Positions 33,815 to 45,853 of a stretch of 64,000 nucleotides of DNA are shown one piece after another. Under the pieces are notes generated by a model, which did not search any database, was not told the DNA's origin, and saw only the letters and a program-made list of their open reading frames with translations. The stretch is from an uncultured Nitrososphaerales archaeon (GTDB lineage Archaea; Thermoproteota; Nitrososphaeria; Nitrososphaerales; Nitrososphaeraceae). The position numbers were made by a program, and so were the translations under genes. Numbering within the stretch: position 1 is the first letter of the stretch; each line of letters begins with the position of its first letter. The stretch covers positions 96,001 through 160,000 of the forward strand of contig CAVOHZ010000008.1 in NCBI GenBank assembly GCA_963695855.1. The letters are read 5' to 3'.

Positions 33815-34131
33815 CTCAATTTACTGACGAAAATGCTACGTGTATGATTATTGGGACCGATTCTTTTGTTATGCTTTTAGTTGAAAAATTTTTTAAAAAT
33901 TTTACCAATAAAGAGATTTGTGATGCTACACAAGATACTGAGGTAATATTGGCATTATCTGCAAAAAGCAGAGAACAAGTTGATAATATGATAACAAAGG
34001 TAATTGAAGCTGGAGGCAAAGAATATATGAAATCACAAGATTATGGCTGGATGTATCATCGTAGTTTTGAAGACATCAATGGACACATCTGGGAAATAGT
34101 TTACACGGATGAAAGTTCAATACCAAAATAG
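33815..34131 (+). pseudogene. VOC/glyoxalase family protein, 5'-truncated
   Basis: PQFTDENATCMII...EVILALSAKSREQVD...DYGWMYHRSFEDINGHIWE. Confidence 0.75.
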
Positions 34132-34268
34132 AAGTTACTAAGAATATTTTTAATTATTTACCTAAGTAATATTAAAATAAATAGAAAAGGTAAGTATTAG
34201 TTTCATAAGAGAATCAACCTTATCTAAAATATTGTTGTATGCAGTTGCTGTCTATAAGTTTCATAGTA

Positions 34269-34333
34269 GGACCATAATTTAGGTCACATTTGTTTCAAAT
34301 CCCACTGGCCCCATACAGTATAAGGGGTCAGTT
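34269..34333 (+). repeat. att-like site 11 (A arm+core, R2 arm)
   Basis: ggaccataatttaggtcacatttgtttcaaatcccactggccccatacagtataaggggtcagtt. Confidence 0.9.
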
Positions 34334-34489
34334 GAATTATTAAAGTTTTATTACAGTAGACAGAATGGTAATTGAAAGATATTATTACAATAACAGAAGT
34401 TTTACATTATAACATTTACATGAAATAGAATATTGTCAATTACAGATATAGAACAAAACAATCCAAATAAGACAAATTTCATTTGAAAA

Positions 34490-34531
34490 ATGGATTCTGT
34501 AGGATTTGAACCCTTCAATAAAGTGGGACCA
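34490..34531 (-). repeat. att-like site 12 (B arm+core, inverted)
   Basis: Reverse complement reads tggtcccactttattgaagggttcaaatcctacagaatccat. Confidence 0.87.
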
Positions 34532-34639
34532 TCTAACGTATAATGTTGATATAAAAATTTAACAATAATTGTAGAAAATTACATAAGAAAAAAAACAGAA
34601 TACACATTGATAGAACATAAGACAAAGAAGAAAGCAATT

Positions 34640-35350
34640 AACACATATCAACCAATACAATGTGTTTTAGAAATTCACCGTCTATTACACAAATGGGGTT
34701 TCAAATCTAAAGTACCGCAAAAAAGGTTTGTAAATACTGCCTCAGCAAATGACAAAATGAAATTCAAAAAAGAGTAAAACAGATTCTAGCCAATTTAAAA
34801 TCAGACTGGTGGACTGTACTTGTACAGGATGAATCCATCTTTGTATATGATTATCTGATAAGAAGAAAGAAATGGATTTCTAAATGCAAACGTCCCAAAA
34901 TAACTGTAACAGGTTCCAGAAAAAGAACAATTGTATTTCGCTGTCTATTCTTTAGACGTAAACAACTATTCAAACAATATGATAAATTTAACAGCAAGAC
35001 GTTTGTTGATTATCTAAATAAAACAGGTACAGAAAGAAAGAAAGATTTGGTAAAATTGCAATTTTTGTTGATAGAGCAACACCACACTGTTCAAAGATAA
35101 CAAGAAAGAGAGTTTCTTGATGCGAATAAAGATACTATCAGATTAGAATATTTTCCTGTTGGATCTCCAGAATTTGATGCAGTAGAAGAATGTTGGAGAC
35201 AGGAGGGTAAGTATCATATACTTTCTACTTATTATTCTACATTTGATTTTCTAATAGATACAATTTAGTATTATTATAGGACTAGAGGATTTAATCTGGA
35301 TATTGTGAAATATCTGATGAGAATAATAGATTAGCGAGATTATGTTAGTC
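34640..35350 (+). mobile_element. Degraded IS630-family transposase
   Basis: Manual translation LLHKWGFKSKVPQKRF, VQDESIF, TVTGS, FVDRATPH, YFPVGSPEFDAVEECWRQ. Confidence 0.8.
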
Positions 35351-35452
35351 AGTATAGTAAAGAAATTAATTCTTCTTGTAAATAATTGGAATGTTAGAAT
35401 AGTTTAAAATCCTTAGAGACCATATATTACCATTATCATGCAGGCCTAGAAA

Positions 35453-36949
35453 ATGAATGAAAATAATGGTTTCTCCAATTCCGATAATGGAACAGAATTA
35501 AAATGTTCATTGTGTAAAGAACCCCTGCGTAATGAAAAAGATTGGGAAATGACTAAAGAAGTAATAGATGGTTCTACATACTTTTTTCATACTCATAAAT
35601 GTTTTAACGTATACAAGAGATTGGAGGACTTTTATGGTAAAAATATTAAAAATTTTAATATTAAAAATTTTATTGGAAATACACAATTTGTTTTTGATAC
35701 TTTCTGGGATAAAGCCATTCCTACTTCAGATGAAATTCAAGAAATAAAAAAAAATAATAATGAATCCATTAAACCATCCCTCAAAGTAATTGAGAACCCT
35801 GAAGAAGCAATAAGAACTGCTATTAATCTTGTTCAATCTGCAGAGGATGAAGTATTACTACTTTTTTCTTCAGCAAACGGATTTTATAGGAGAATGGTAT
35901 TGGGAGATGGTTTTCTTACTTTACAAAGATTACAAGATATGACCAAAGGTAACATAAAATTAAGAATTCTAACACCTTTTGATAAAAAGATTGTTGATGC
36001 AGCTAGCAAATTAATGGCTAAAGGAGTACATATTAAGTATTTACCAGAAACACTGTATTTAACAGTCACATTTTTGATAGTGGACAGGAAATTCTCTATG
36101 ACAGCCGAACTAGCAAACGATTATACAGAAATTCCTGCTGAATCGCTAGGGCTCTCAACCTTCTCTAATAGTAAAGCAACAGTATTATACTATATTTCTA
36201 TGTTTGAGAACTTGTGGAAACAGTCAGACCTTTATGAAAAGGCGGAAAATCTCTATGAGAAATTAAAAAAAACAAACGAAATACAAATACAATTTATTAA
36301 AGAAACAGCACATGAGATTGGAAATCCAACCCAGTCTATTTTAGGCCTAGCAGAAGTTATACTTTCTAACAAAAACCTTGACGTTGGTCATATAGATGAT
36401 TTAATCAAAATAATTATAAAGAATGCAAAAAAAATTAAGTTACTTACAGATAATATATTAGAGGCTGCCCGTATTGAAAGTCACCTTTTATCTCTTGAGA
36501 TGGAAGAATTTGATCTTGTAGAGTTAGTAAAAGATTTACTAAAAGATCTGAATAACCAAATTCAAAATAAAAAGATTAGTTTAATTTTAAAATGCAAAGA
36601 AGATTCAATTTTGCTAGTTGCAGATAAATTGCGTTTAAACCAAGTTTTTTTAAACATTATCAATAATGCTGTAAATGTTTCACAAGCAGGAGAAATTATT
36701 GTATTTTTAGAAAGACAATACAAAAACACGGTATTGGTAAGAATAACAGATAAAGGGCCAGGAATTTCATCAAATATAAAGGATACACTCTTTACTAAAT
36801 TTGTAACAGGCTCAAAATCAGGATCTGGTCTAGGTCTCTACATTTGCAAAAATATTATAGAAAAACATGGTGGAAAAATATGGGCTGAGAATAATCAGAA
36901 CAAAGGAGCAAATTTTAATTTTATTATACCTATTACATCTAAGCAGTAA
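35453..36949 (+). CDS. Cytoplasmic sensor histidine kinase (copy 1)
   Basis: H-box AHEIGNP, N-box LNQVFLNIINNA, DKGPGI, GSGLGLYI. Confidence 0.92.
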   Translation: MNENNGFSNSDNGTELKCSLCKEPLRNEKDWEMTKEVIDGSTYFFHTHKCFNVYKRLEDFYGKNIKNFNIKNFIGNTQFVFDTFWDKAIPTSDEIQEIKKNNNESIKPSLKVIENPEEAIRTAINLVQSAEDEVLLLFSSANGFYRRMVLGDGFLTLQRLQDMTKGNIKLRILTPFDKKIVDAASKLMAKGVHIKYLPETLYLTVTFLIVDRKFSMTAELANDYTEIPAESLGLSTFSNSKATVLYYISMFENLWKQSDLYEKAENLYEKLKKTNEIQIQFIKETAHEIGNPTQSILGLAEVILSNKNLDVGHIDDLIKIIIKNAKKIKLLTDNILEAARIESHLLSLEMEEFDLVELVKDLLKDLNNQIQNKKISLILKCKEDSILLVADKLRLNQVFLNIINNAVNVSQAGEIIVFLERQYKNTVLVRITDKGPGISSNIKDTLFTKFVTGSKSGSGLGLYICKNIIEKHGGKIWAENNQNKGANFNFIIPITSKQ

Positions 36950-38256
36950 AATATATTTCAAATGTTAAATAAGCATCTTTATTGCCTACCTGTCTGACTT
37001 ATTAGATGGATCTGGCATTAAGCGAACCGCTATTCTTTTCTTACAATCTTACCAAACATTATTTATCTATTATCGCAGATGGGTTTACGCTTACTTTGGA
37101 CCTTGCATAAATAGGCTATCCTACAAATTACGCCATCCTCCTAGTTGAAGTTGGAAGAAATCAGAAGACTACAAGTTTTCTCATGTTTTTGGAAAAATTC
37201 ATTGTCCACGTCCGGATTTGATTTTAGAAGATAAATCAATAAATATCAACAATGGCAAAAACTCGATTGTTCTAGAATTTAATAACACTGGTTTATACAA
37301 TTTAAATGTGAAAGCTGAACTATTAAAAAAGATCTTTCTAATGATGATGATAATTTATCAATTAATTTTAGTCAGGGAAATCAATTTAATCTATTAAACG
37401 GAAAAGGTGTACTTCCAATGGACATTATTGCTAATTCTAATAATAACCAAAAAAATCTTGTTATTCCCTTTATCTATCTTATAGTGTTATAGGTGAAAAT
37501 GATTTTATCGAATCTGGTCTTAATAATTCACTAACCACGAAAACATATACAATAAAATACTTTACTTGAATCTTAACCTTCTTAATGAAAGGAATCGGTT
37601 AATTAATTTTGATGAAATTCCCTCCGAATATATTGCAATATTTGTTGGAGCTGTATTCATCTACTATCTACCTATATTCTTCAACTGGATAATATACTAT
37701 AAATTTTATAAATACTTCTTACTAAACTATAAAAATGTAGGTGGAAAAAAACTAAAATCAAAAGATATTGTAAATTTATTATTTTATGTTAGAATTCAGT
37801 ATAAATTTTTCATAAGATTTTTTGCCAGTGTAATCTATCAAAACCTAATTTTACATAGACACCATTAATTAGACTAATGGCAAAAGATATTCCCAAGAAG
37901 AATACAAAACAATTTATTCATAGTATAGTTTGGTTTGCTGTTGTACTTCCTGTAATGGGAATATCAAATCCTATGTGGTTTTTGAATCCCTCATTTTCAC
38001 AAAAATTTGACAATAATAAAGAAATATTTTTAACTGCTCTGTGTAGACCAATTAGGAATATTAAAACATAAGGAACCAAATTAAACCCATCAAATTAAAT
38101 TTATTTGAAAAATTTTAATCTATCTAATCTATCTAAATTAAATGATAAATAAATTATGATAAATAAAAATGATAATTACAACCAATTTTATCATTACACG
38201 TTAGTAATAAATTTGATAATATAGCATATTCAATATATAATCTTCATTACAATTAC

Positions 38257-38377
38257 GGGCTCTCTTAAGATAAGGATAAAGCCATAGATATTTTCTACTT
38301 ATCTATTATGTTCTGTGCTCATTTTTTCCAACTTTTTTCGATTTAATTTATGATTTCTCCTTAGCTTAACAGAACCC
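38257..38377. mobile_element. IS6-like MITE (copy 2)
   Basis: gggctctcttaagataagg ... ccttagcttaacagaaccc terminal inverted repeats. Confidence 0.75.
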
Positions 38378-38491
38378 AAAATGTTAAAGAAGTTTAATTA
38401 CTAATAGCAAGAGCAAAAAACTCGAGTAATACAAACCTAAACAAAGAATTTTAAAAAACTTAACAGAGTCTAACTAATTGATAACAATCCT

Positions 38492-39721
38492 TTAGAAATT
38501 AAAATCGAATTTCAAAGGCTCAGTATATGCCAACTTTTCCAGGGTTTTTCTTTCACCTTGTTCTATTAATTTTTTTGTTGTTTTAGTTGAGAAATCTGCA
38601 TTCTGGAACATTGTAGGCGACTCTGATTCACTTCTTGTAATTCTTGTAACAGATTTTATTTCTGCACCATAGTTTTCAATTAGATTAGTATACTCTTCTT
38701 TTATTTTTTTTAATTCCTCTTCTTTTATTTTGGTTTTATCTGTATATTTTTCGAGTATATCATATAATTTTTCTACTAGGTTTATATGTCTAGTTATTAA
38801 CTTTGACAATTGTATATTGTACATATCTTTGTCGCAGAATAAAATCTCTTTATAACGATTAATGACTTCAACCATATTTGTGGGAAGACGATCTATCTGT
38901 TGGGGATAGTTCTCTACAATAAAAATATTTTTATCATTTCTTGGAGATACAAAAAGAACCTCTCTAATTGGTGTATTACTAAGTAGGCTTCCATCCCAAC
39001 CATATACATTGTCTTCTACCTTAACCCAAGGAAATCCATAAATTGGATAACCAGAACAAGCTAGGATATGTTTTGCCTTAATTTCTGTTAGAGTATTATC
39101 AAAAACAAGAGGTTTTCCAGTCATAACATTTACAGCAGTCATAATAAGTCGGTAAACATTTGGTTTTTCTTCTTGCGTGGCAGCTAGATTTAATTTTTTA
39201 TAATCAATATACTTTTCAAGTGTTTTTTCAAGCGGAGAATGATCATATATATAAGTCCAATTCTTTGGATCAAAATAACTACGCTCATCCGTTTTTCTTA
39301 TTAGACTAGAACTATTTCCCAATTGCCACCTAGGAACAAACATTTTTGGTACTCCAAAAATTGCAGCGTTTACAGAAGCTGACGCTATTTTTTTGACCAA
39401 ATATTCTTTATTATAAGAGTCCCACTCATACATCCATAAATCCGGAATAAGCTGTATATTACTTTCACTTACTTCAAGCCAAAAATCCTCTAAATCTTTT
39501 TCTGGTTGATCGCTTTTACTACCTGCAATGATGGCAGCATTTACAGCACCTATAGAAGTACCAGCAACTATATCTATTTTTATTTTTTGTTTTACTAGTG
39601 CCTTAAACACACCGCAGGCAAAAGATCCGAAAGAGCCACCTCCTTGCATAATAAGAACATTTTCTAAAGATCTTGTTCTTTTATGTCTTGGTGGGCTTGC
39701 TTCTTTTATTTCATAACTCAT
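38492..39721 (-). CDS. Patatin-like phospholipase
   Basis: QGGGSFG, GTSIG nucleophile elbow, WDGS. Confidence 0.92.
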   Translation of the reverse strand: MSYEIKEASPPRHKRTRSLENVLIMQGGGSFGSFACGVFKALVKQKIKIDIVAGTSIGAVNAAIIAGSKSDQPEKDLEDFWLEVSESNIQLIPDLWMYEWDSYNKEYLVKKIASASVNAAIFGVPKMFVPRWQLGNSSSLIRKTDERSYFDPKNWTYIYDHSPLEKTLEKYIDYKKLNLAATQEEKPNVYRLIMTAVNVMTGKPLVFDNTLTEIKAKHILACSGYPIYGFPWVKVEDNVYGWDGSLLSNTPIREVLFVSPRNDKNIFIVENYPQQIDRLPTNMVEVINRYKEILFCDKDMYNIQLSKLITRHINLVEKLYDILEKYTDKTKIKEEELKKIKEEYTNLIENYGAEIKSVTRITRSESESPTMFQNADFSTKTTKKLIEQGERKTLEKLAYTEPLKFDFNF

Positions 39722-39843
39722 TATATAATATCTTTAAATTCATTATTATTATTTTTTTCATAATTATTAAATTACATTTAAAATTATTTAATAATAAATT
39801 CCTGCTAATAACTTTATGTAAATATTGAGATCAATATCCATTA

Positions 39844-40210
39844 GTGAAATATGACTGGGGTGTAACGACGTATGATTGTATCCCAGATGCACAAGAATCA
39901 TGGGGACATGGGATAATAGAATATCGAAAATGGAAAGAAAATGAATTAGTTCTTGATGCTGGTTGCGGTTCTGGAAGATTAACCAAGATAGCATCATTTA
40001 AAGTTCCACAACGAAAACTTATTGCAGTAGATCTTGATTCAGCTATGATAAGACTTGAAAACTTAAAATCTTCTAATATTGAATTTATCAAAATGGATGT
40101 TTCTCAATTAGAACTTGGAGAAAAAGTAGATGTTATATTTTCAAATACCGTATTACATTGGATTCTAAATCATAAAAAAAGTCTTTGAACGCTTCTGGAA
40201 AATTCTAAAA
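39844..40210 (+). pseudogene. SAM-dependent methyltransferase, truncated
   Basis: VLDAGCGSG, DVIFSNTVLHW. Confidence 0.8.
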
Positions 40211-40334
40211 CTCCATTGGATTTTCAATCGTTATACAATTTCTTAAATTTATATTTGATTTAATAATATTATTTATCACTTTATAAATGGAGGTATTTCC
40301 TTATCATTTATTATTTTGATATATATTATTTTGA

Positions 40335-41054
40335 GGCTGTGTTAACTTAAGACTATTTCGCCTCCAATTTTGAATACAATATTGTTTCTGATTTTTGCAT
40401 TATACAGATAAACAAATAATTTGATCCAATTGTATACATGCTGTAGATCACAATTTTGTATATTATTACAAGGATAGTAATCATCAAAACATTCTGTTCT
40501 ATCCTTGAAATACTGTATTACTCTTTCTATAAAGCTCTTCTCTAAAGGTGAATGCAATCTAAGTTTCAGATTTAAAAAGTTGCATGCTTGTGGATACCAT
40601 GTACCACCACCATCTGTGTACACTGCGTGTTTTCCATATTTATCTATCAAAGAATGAATAAAATTCTCTGCTACAAACATGTTTCTCACTTCTGAAATGT
40701 AGATTCCAGGCGCAGATTTGTCAATTGGTTCAATACAGATCCCCAACCAAAAATGTTGATTACCAATCTGAATTATAGTTTCATCTATCATGAACGCTGA
40801 TACTCTTTTTCTCTTGTAAATCTGCAATGAACCAAACCGTTGAATCCAATCCCATACAGCAACATGACTTCTCTTTTGGTCCTTAAAAGGTTCCAATGCT
40901 TTGGATGTATTTCGCAGACTGAGGTCAAGAAAGTACAAATACAAAGAGTACATTACTATACATGTGGATGTTCTATTTCTGACAAATCTTAACAACATAT
41001 ATTGTCAGAATAGAACCTTCACAGCTATAACTCTTTCCTTAAGTTATCAGGACC
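40335..41054 (-). mobile_element. IS6-family element (transposase 40342..40998)
   Basis: IDET, YTDGG, IER DDE motifs; TIRs ggctgtgttaactt / aagttatcaggacc. Confidence 0.9.
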
Positions 41055-41410
41055 ATTTAATCCTATTAGCATCATTTAGTGTATTTGTTCCTCATCACTC
41101 TCCTCCATCTCTATTAAACCCATTCCCAAACATCCAACGTAAGTCATATGAAATTGGACAGTGGATTAGTATTATTATTATAATTGTAATTCCAATCGCT
41201 GTATTAATTTCGATAATCCTAATAATAAAAAAGATCTAATATTCATGACTTATCTGTTTGTGATTCTAATATATTTAAATTAGCATCGGAAACTAATTTG
41301 TAGATGTTGAATGAAGTTACATTTAACAAATATAGAATGAATACTTTAAGAGATTACCTAACTATTATTTAATACTAAAAATAGGAAATAAATGATAGAA
41401 TTAATAAAAA

Positions 41411-41956
41411 CTAATATTCATCCTTATTATAATTAATAATACAATTTTTAGTTAATTTGTTACTAATTGAATAATAAGCCCATATTAAAATTGCTATAGA
41501 TAAGAGTCGAAGAGGTGTCTGATAATTTGATAGGAAAGTTAATGCAGTTATACCTATTCCACCCAATGTCGAAACAAGAAGTAGACCAATTGAAGAACAA
41601 CTAGCACAAACACTAGAAATTATGCTTATACTTGACCATGAAAAAATTGAAGTAAGATTTATTCTCAATTTTGAGTGTTTGAAAACATATACGTTCATAG
41701 TAATTATTATGCCTAGAAGAATAGCCGTTGTATTTGAAATAACAAAACTTACAATTGCATCATCTGGAAGATAAAATATTACTATTGGTGAAAAGAATAA
41801 CAATTGGTCAAATATATTAAAGAGAATCCAGAATACAGATGCTACTATTACCGCTACTAATACGTAAAACCATCTTGAAAAGACCATGTTGAAGGAAAGA
41901 ATGAGGGAATTCTGTCTATTAATTATTGATGATGGCTTTATCTTTTTATCTCTCAT
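41411..41956 (-). CDS. Membrane protein with CxxC, partner of the DsbA gene
   Basis: Several TM segments, CASC motif, 7 bp from the DsbA gene. Confidence 0.75.
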   Translation of the reverse strand: MRDKKIKPSSIINRQNSLILSFNMVFSRWFYVLVAVIVASVFWILFNIFDQLLFFSPIVIFYLPDDAIVSFVISNTTAILLGIIITMNVYVFKHSKLRINLTSIFSWSSISIISSVCASCSSIGLLLVSTLGGIGITALTFLSNYQTPLRLLSIAILIWAYYSISNKLTKNCIINYNKDEY

Positions 41957-41963
41957 TTATATG

Positions 41964-42776
41964 TTAACTTCCCGCTAATTTCTTATTAATTATTACTTGA
42001 AGTGATGGGAAAGGATATGCTCCTACTAATACCTCTTTGTTGGTTCCATCACGATTTTCAATTATTAAAGTAGGTGTTCCCTGATAGCCTGATCCGAACG
42101 CAAAATTTGTATCACTTTCAATTAAAGATTTGTATTTTTGGGTGTCAAGACAAGAATTAAATTTTTGTTTATCTATTCTAGGTATTTCACTAGCAAATTT
42201 TTTCAAATTTTCAACACTAACCCAACCAGAATTTTCTTCACCTTGATTCAAGTAGAGTTTATTATAATAGTTCCAAAACTTTCCTTGATCATTTGCACAT
42301 TGAGAAGCAAGGGCAGCATTAAAGGAGTCAGAACCATGAGTCACAAAATGCTTAAACACAAAGTTTACTTTGCCTGTTTGAAAGTATTTTGTGTTAAGCA
42401 ATGGTTCAGTTTGTTTTGCAAATCTACCACAAAAATGACATTGAAAATCGCCAAATTCTACTATCGTAATAGGAGCAGACAGATTTCCATAAACTGGAGA
42501 GCCCATGCTTTTAACTGCTGATAGCGAAAGATCCCTGACTTGTGACTCGTTGATTACTTTTATATCTGAATGTGAGGAAGCAGGTGAAAAACCATTCTTC
42601 ATATTCATATTCTCTTCCATTGCATGTTCTTCTTCTTCTGTCTCGTGTCCAGTTTCAATACCGAATGCTAAAAAACTTGTCCATCTTTTTTCTAAATGAG
42701 GATAGTAGAAATAAACTAATGAAAATATCAGGATTGATGTAGTCACTATGTATAAGGTAAAAAATCTCATTATCAT
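41964..42776 (-). CDS. DsbA/thioredoxin_4 family oxidoreductase
   Basis: APITIVEFGDFQCHFC, GTPT. Confidence 0.92.
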   Translation of the reverse strand: MIMRFFTLYIVTTSILIFSLVYFYYPHLEKRWTSFLAFGIETGHETEEEEHAMEENMNMKNGFSPASSHSDIKVINESQVRDLSLSAVKSMGSPVYGNLSAPITIVEFGDFQCHFCGRFAKQTEPLLNTKYFQTGKVNFVFKHFVTHGSDSFNAALASQCANDQGKFWNYYNKLYLNQGEENSGWVSVENLKKFASEIPRIDKQKFNSCLDTQKYKSLIESDTNFAFGSGYQGTPTLIIENRDGTNKEVLVGAYPFPSLQVIINKKLAGS

Positions 42777-42890
42777 TAGTCATACTTAAATTTTAAAACT
42801 ATATTAATTCTTTATTAAATCAGTTATGATTGATCTTAACTTTGTTATGATTGCAGTTTTATATCTTGGTAGAATTATTATTCACATCAG

Positions 42891-43725
42891 ATGTCTAGTG
42901 AAAAAGAAAATTTTGAAAATTTTAATGATATTTATAATCCTCACCAGTCCTTGATACTTACTACTAGATTTGGTATTGCATCTGCAAAATTAGTTCATTC
43001 GGTTGAAAAGAATCTATATGTAGTTATGGCTATAATTGTCTCAATTACAGTCTTGTCAATACCTAATATTAGAGCATTTTGGATTTTTTTATTCAGAGGA
43101 TGTTGATTATCATGTTGATGTCATTCTCTCAATTATACTTGTATTAGTATTAGCACCATTGATTAGTTTGGTTATAAAATCAAGAAAAGCGATTGATAAG
43201 TGGAATGATATGTTTGAGAAAAATACTATAACTACGTCTATGAAAATCATAATGGCAAACAGAAGTAAAGAAGAAGCCTTGAAGGCAGTAGTATTATCAA
43301 TTGGACAAATAACTGAACCTTATAAGGAATACAAGGAATCAACTAAATCGGATTTAACAGAATTCCTAAATGTATCAGTTGACAAAAATACCATATTTGA
43401 TGTTGCTATGATTGCTGACAATCTTCCTTCTACAACTAGGCTTAAAAAGATCTTAGATGAATTTGGAATGATATTAATCAAAGTAATTGATGGAACTGTA
43501 GATAAAAAAACCGTCGAAAATCTTATAAAATCTTTAGGTTCATATGTATCTAATACAAGTTACAATATTGGATTAGTAATTTTAATTGGAGAAGAAATAT
43601 CAGAGGAAGCGCAACTATTTGTAAATCAAATTAACAATAATAAAAGAATCAAAATAGACCAAATCATCCTAATGAGTAAACCGTCTTTAAATCCACAAGA
43701 ACAATTTACAACTAATTTTACCTAA
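42891..43725 (+). pseudogene. Membrane-anchored hypothetical protein, apparently frameshifted (two overlapping ORFs)
   Basis: ORFs 42891..43106 and 43036..43725 appear to be parts of one gene. Confidence 0.5.
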
Positions 43726-43749
43726 TCTATTGGTATTACTGATTATTAT

Positions 43750-44085
43750 CGTCCAAATCTGAAATATTTCTTGCATATTCTAGATAATGTTTTATCCAAC
43801 TTGAATAAGCCTCTTTTCCTTTTTCAGTTATTTGGTAAAACGTTGAGGCTGAAGATATAGTCAATTTTTTTATATATCCATTACTTTCTAGCAGTGAAAT
43901 TATAAGATTTACTCTATCTGGTCTTTGTTTCTTTATAAGTGGAGTATTATTAATAATATTATATTTTGATACTGGTATATTGTAAGAATTTAGATATAGG
44001 TATTCTAAAATCGAGAGGCTTGTAAACTCTGATGAAAATCTCTTTTTCTTAAAGTGTATTCTATGTTTATCCTCTCTATTGATTC
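43750..44085 (-). pseudogene. Winged-helix regulator remnant
   Basis: Manual translation SILEYLYLNSYNIPVSKYNII...RVNLIISLLESNGYIKK...FYQITEK. Confidence 0.5.
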
Positions 44086-44547
44086 AATGAAACAATATCA
44101 CGAGTTACATATAGAATTTATTGTAATTATCTTGATTTTGTAAGATGGCTAACATATAAAATAAGATGCTATTTACAATCAAATTCAATTATAATAAACA
44201 TAATCCATACAAAACAAAAATTACATACAAAACAAAAATCTACAATCAAATGCTCTTCTCATTTTAAGAATGACCTCTAAGACTATTAGAATCTGTCAGG
44301 ATGGTAAAAAATTAACGATGAGGTAAGACTTATGTTAAAATTAATTTTTATTTATGGAAACTTTTCCAACAACAACATTTACTAAGAATACAACCCTGGC
44401 AACCATAAGGAGACGGACTAACCCTACAGTCATCGATATCACAAAAACAATCGGCACATTTCATACTAAATTATAAAATTTTTCTAGGATATAAAATTTA
44501 AGAATTATGATAAACCGAGAAAGTAGGAATCCAAATAATTTCCTATT

Positions 44548-44898
44548 TTATCTTGGGGCATAGAATATTATAATTGCTCCAAAAACTGCAACTAATGAAC
44601 CAATCATCTCATATCTATCCGGTCTTTTTTTATCTACAAGCATTCCCCATAGAATAGAAGAGATTATAAAAATTCCTCCATAGGCTGCATATACTCTTCC
44701 AAAATGGGCTGGTTGAAGTGTAGGAATTATACCATATACAAACAGAATAATACCACCAAGTAAACCTAATGCAATTGTTCTCTTCTGTCGTATCCACAAC
44801 CAAACTAAATATCCACCACCTATTTCCATCATGGCTGCCACAAAAAATAACAACCCTGAAACAATTGGATTTAGTGTTGTTATTTCTTCGATTGCCAT
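44548..44898 (-). CDS. ynfA: YnfA/UPF0060 SMR-family membrane protein
   Basis: EIGGGYLVWLW, FGRVYAAYGGIFI, PDRY. Confidence 0.9.
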   Translation of the reverse strand: MAIEEITTLNPIVSGLLFFVAAMMEIGGGYLVWLWIRQKRTIALGLLGGIILFVYGIIPTLQPAHFGRVYAAYGGIFIISSILWGMLVDKKRPDRYEMIGSLVAVFGAIIIFYAPR

Positions 44899-45254
44899 AA
44901 TGTCTTTTCTTCCCCCTTACGAGGTATGTAATAAATTATGATAACACCAATCAGAGCAATAATAGTGCCTATAATATCATATCTATCAGGGGCAATTCCT
45001 TCAAAAGACCATCCCCATAATATAGACATTATAATGAAAATTCCTCCATAGGCTGCATAAATCCTATGAAAGTGGGATGGTTGAAAAGTAGGCACAATTC
45101 CATACAAAAATAAAACAAATCCTCCTAATGCTCCAAGCATCCAACTCATACCTTCCCTAAACCAAAGCCAAACTAGATAACCGCCTCCTATTTCAAAAAG
45201 ACCTGCAAGGAAAAAGAGAAATAAAGTTATTAAAATTTTATTAGAGTTAATCAT
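44880..45254 (-). CDS. ynfA: YnfA/UPF0060 SMR-family membrane protein (tandem paralog)
   Basis: EIGGGYLVWLW, RIYAAYGG, PDRYD. Confidence 0.9.
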   Translation of the reverse strand: MINSNKILITLFLFFLAGLFEIGGGYLVWLWFREGMSWMLGALGGFVLFLYGIVPTFQPSHFHRIYAAYGGIFIIMSILWGWSFEGIAPDRYDIIGTIIALIGVIIIYYIPRKGEEKTLWQSKK

Positions 45255-45291
45255 CTTAATATTTGATTTTAAACTTTTTAGTTACTATTAA

Positions 45292-45594
45292 ATGAACTTG
45301 GGAAATTCAAAAATTTCAAATTTGCATATTGAACCTATAATATCTGTCAGAAAGAATGCAAGTGGTAAAACTAGAAAATGCAAATCTAGAAATGAACAGG
45401 TACATCTGATTCAAAATATTGGATATGAAAAATACAAACAACTAAAAAACACAGGACAAATATGGATTGCTGAAGTAGTCTTCTCATCATTAAAACGAGT
45501 ACTGGGAGAACATTTGATGTCAAAGAAATTCAGTAAGCAAAAAACAGAGACTGTTCTTAAAATAATGTTGTATAACAAGTTTATCTCATTATAA
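45292..45594 (+). pseudogene. IS5-family transposase C-terminal fragment
   Basis: VRKNA, W.AEVVFSSLKRVLGE, LYN; similar to the C-terminus of 57667. Confidence 0.8.
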
Positions 45595-45853
45595 CACATT
45601 TTGTTTATGAATAGACTAATATTATTGTTGAATTAAACTACACACTAAATTAAAAGAAAAGATAGGTATTAAATATCTTAGATAAAATATCTTTTTCCAT
45701 GTGAAAAATCAAAAATTTTTCTGTATTTTTTATCATATTATGTAGAAATTAATAATTAGATATCAATAATTCGTGTGAACATTCGGAATATTCAAATAGT
45801 TTAAAACTCATAGGGATCATTATATTACCATAATCATGCAGGTCTAGAAAAAA

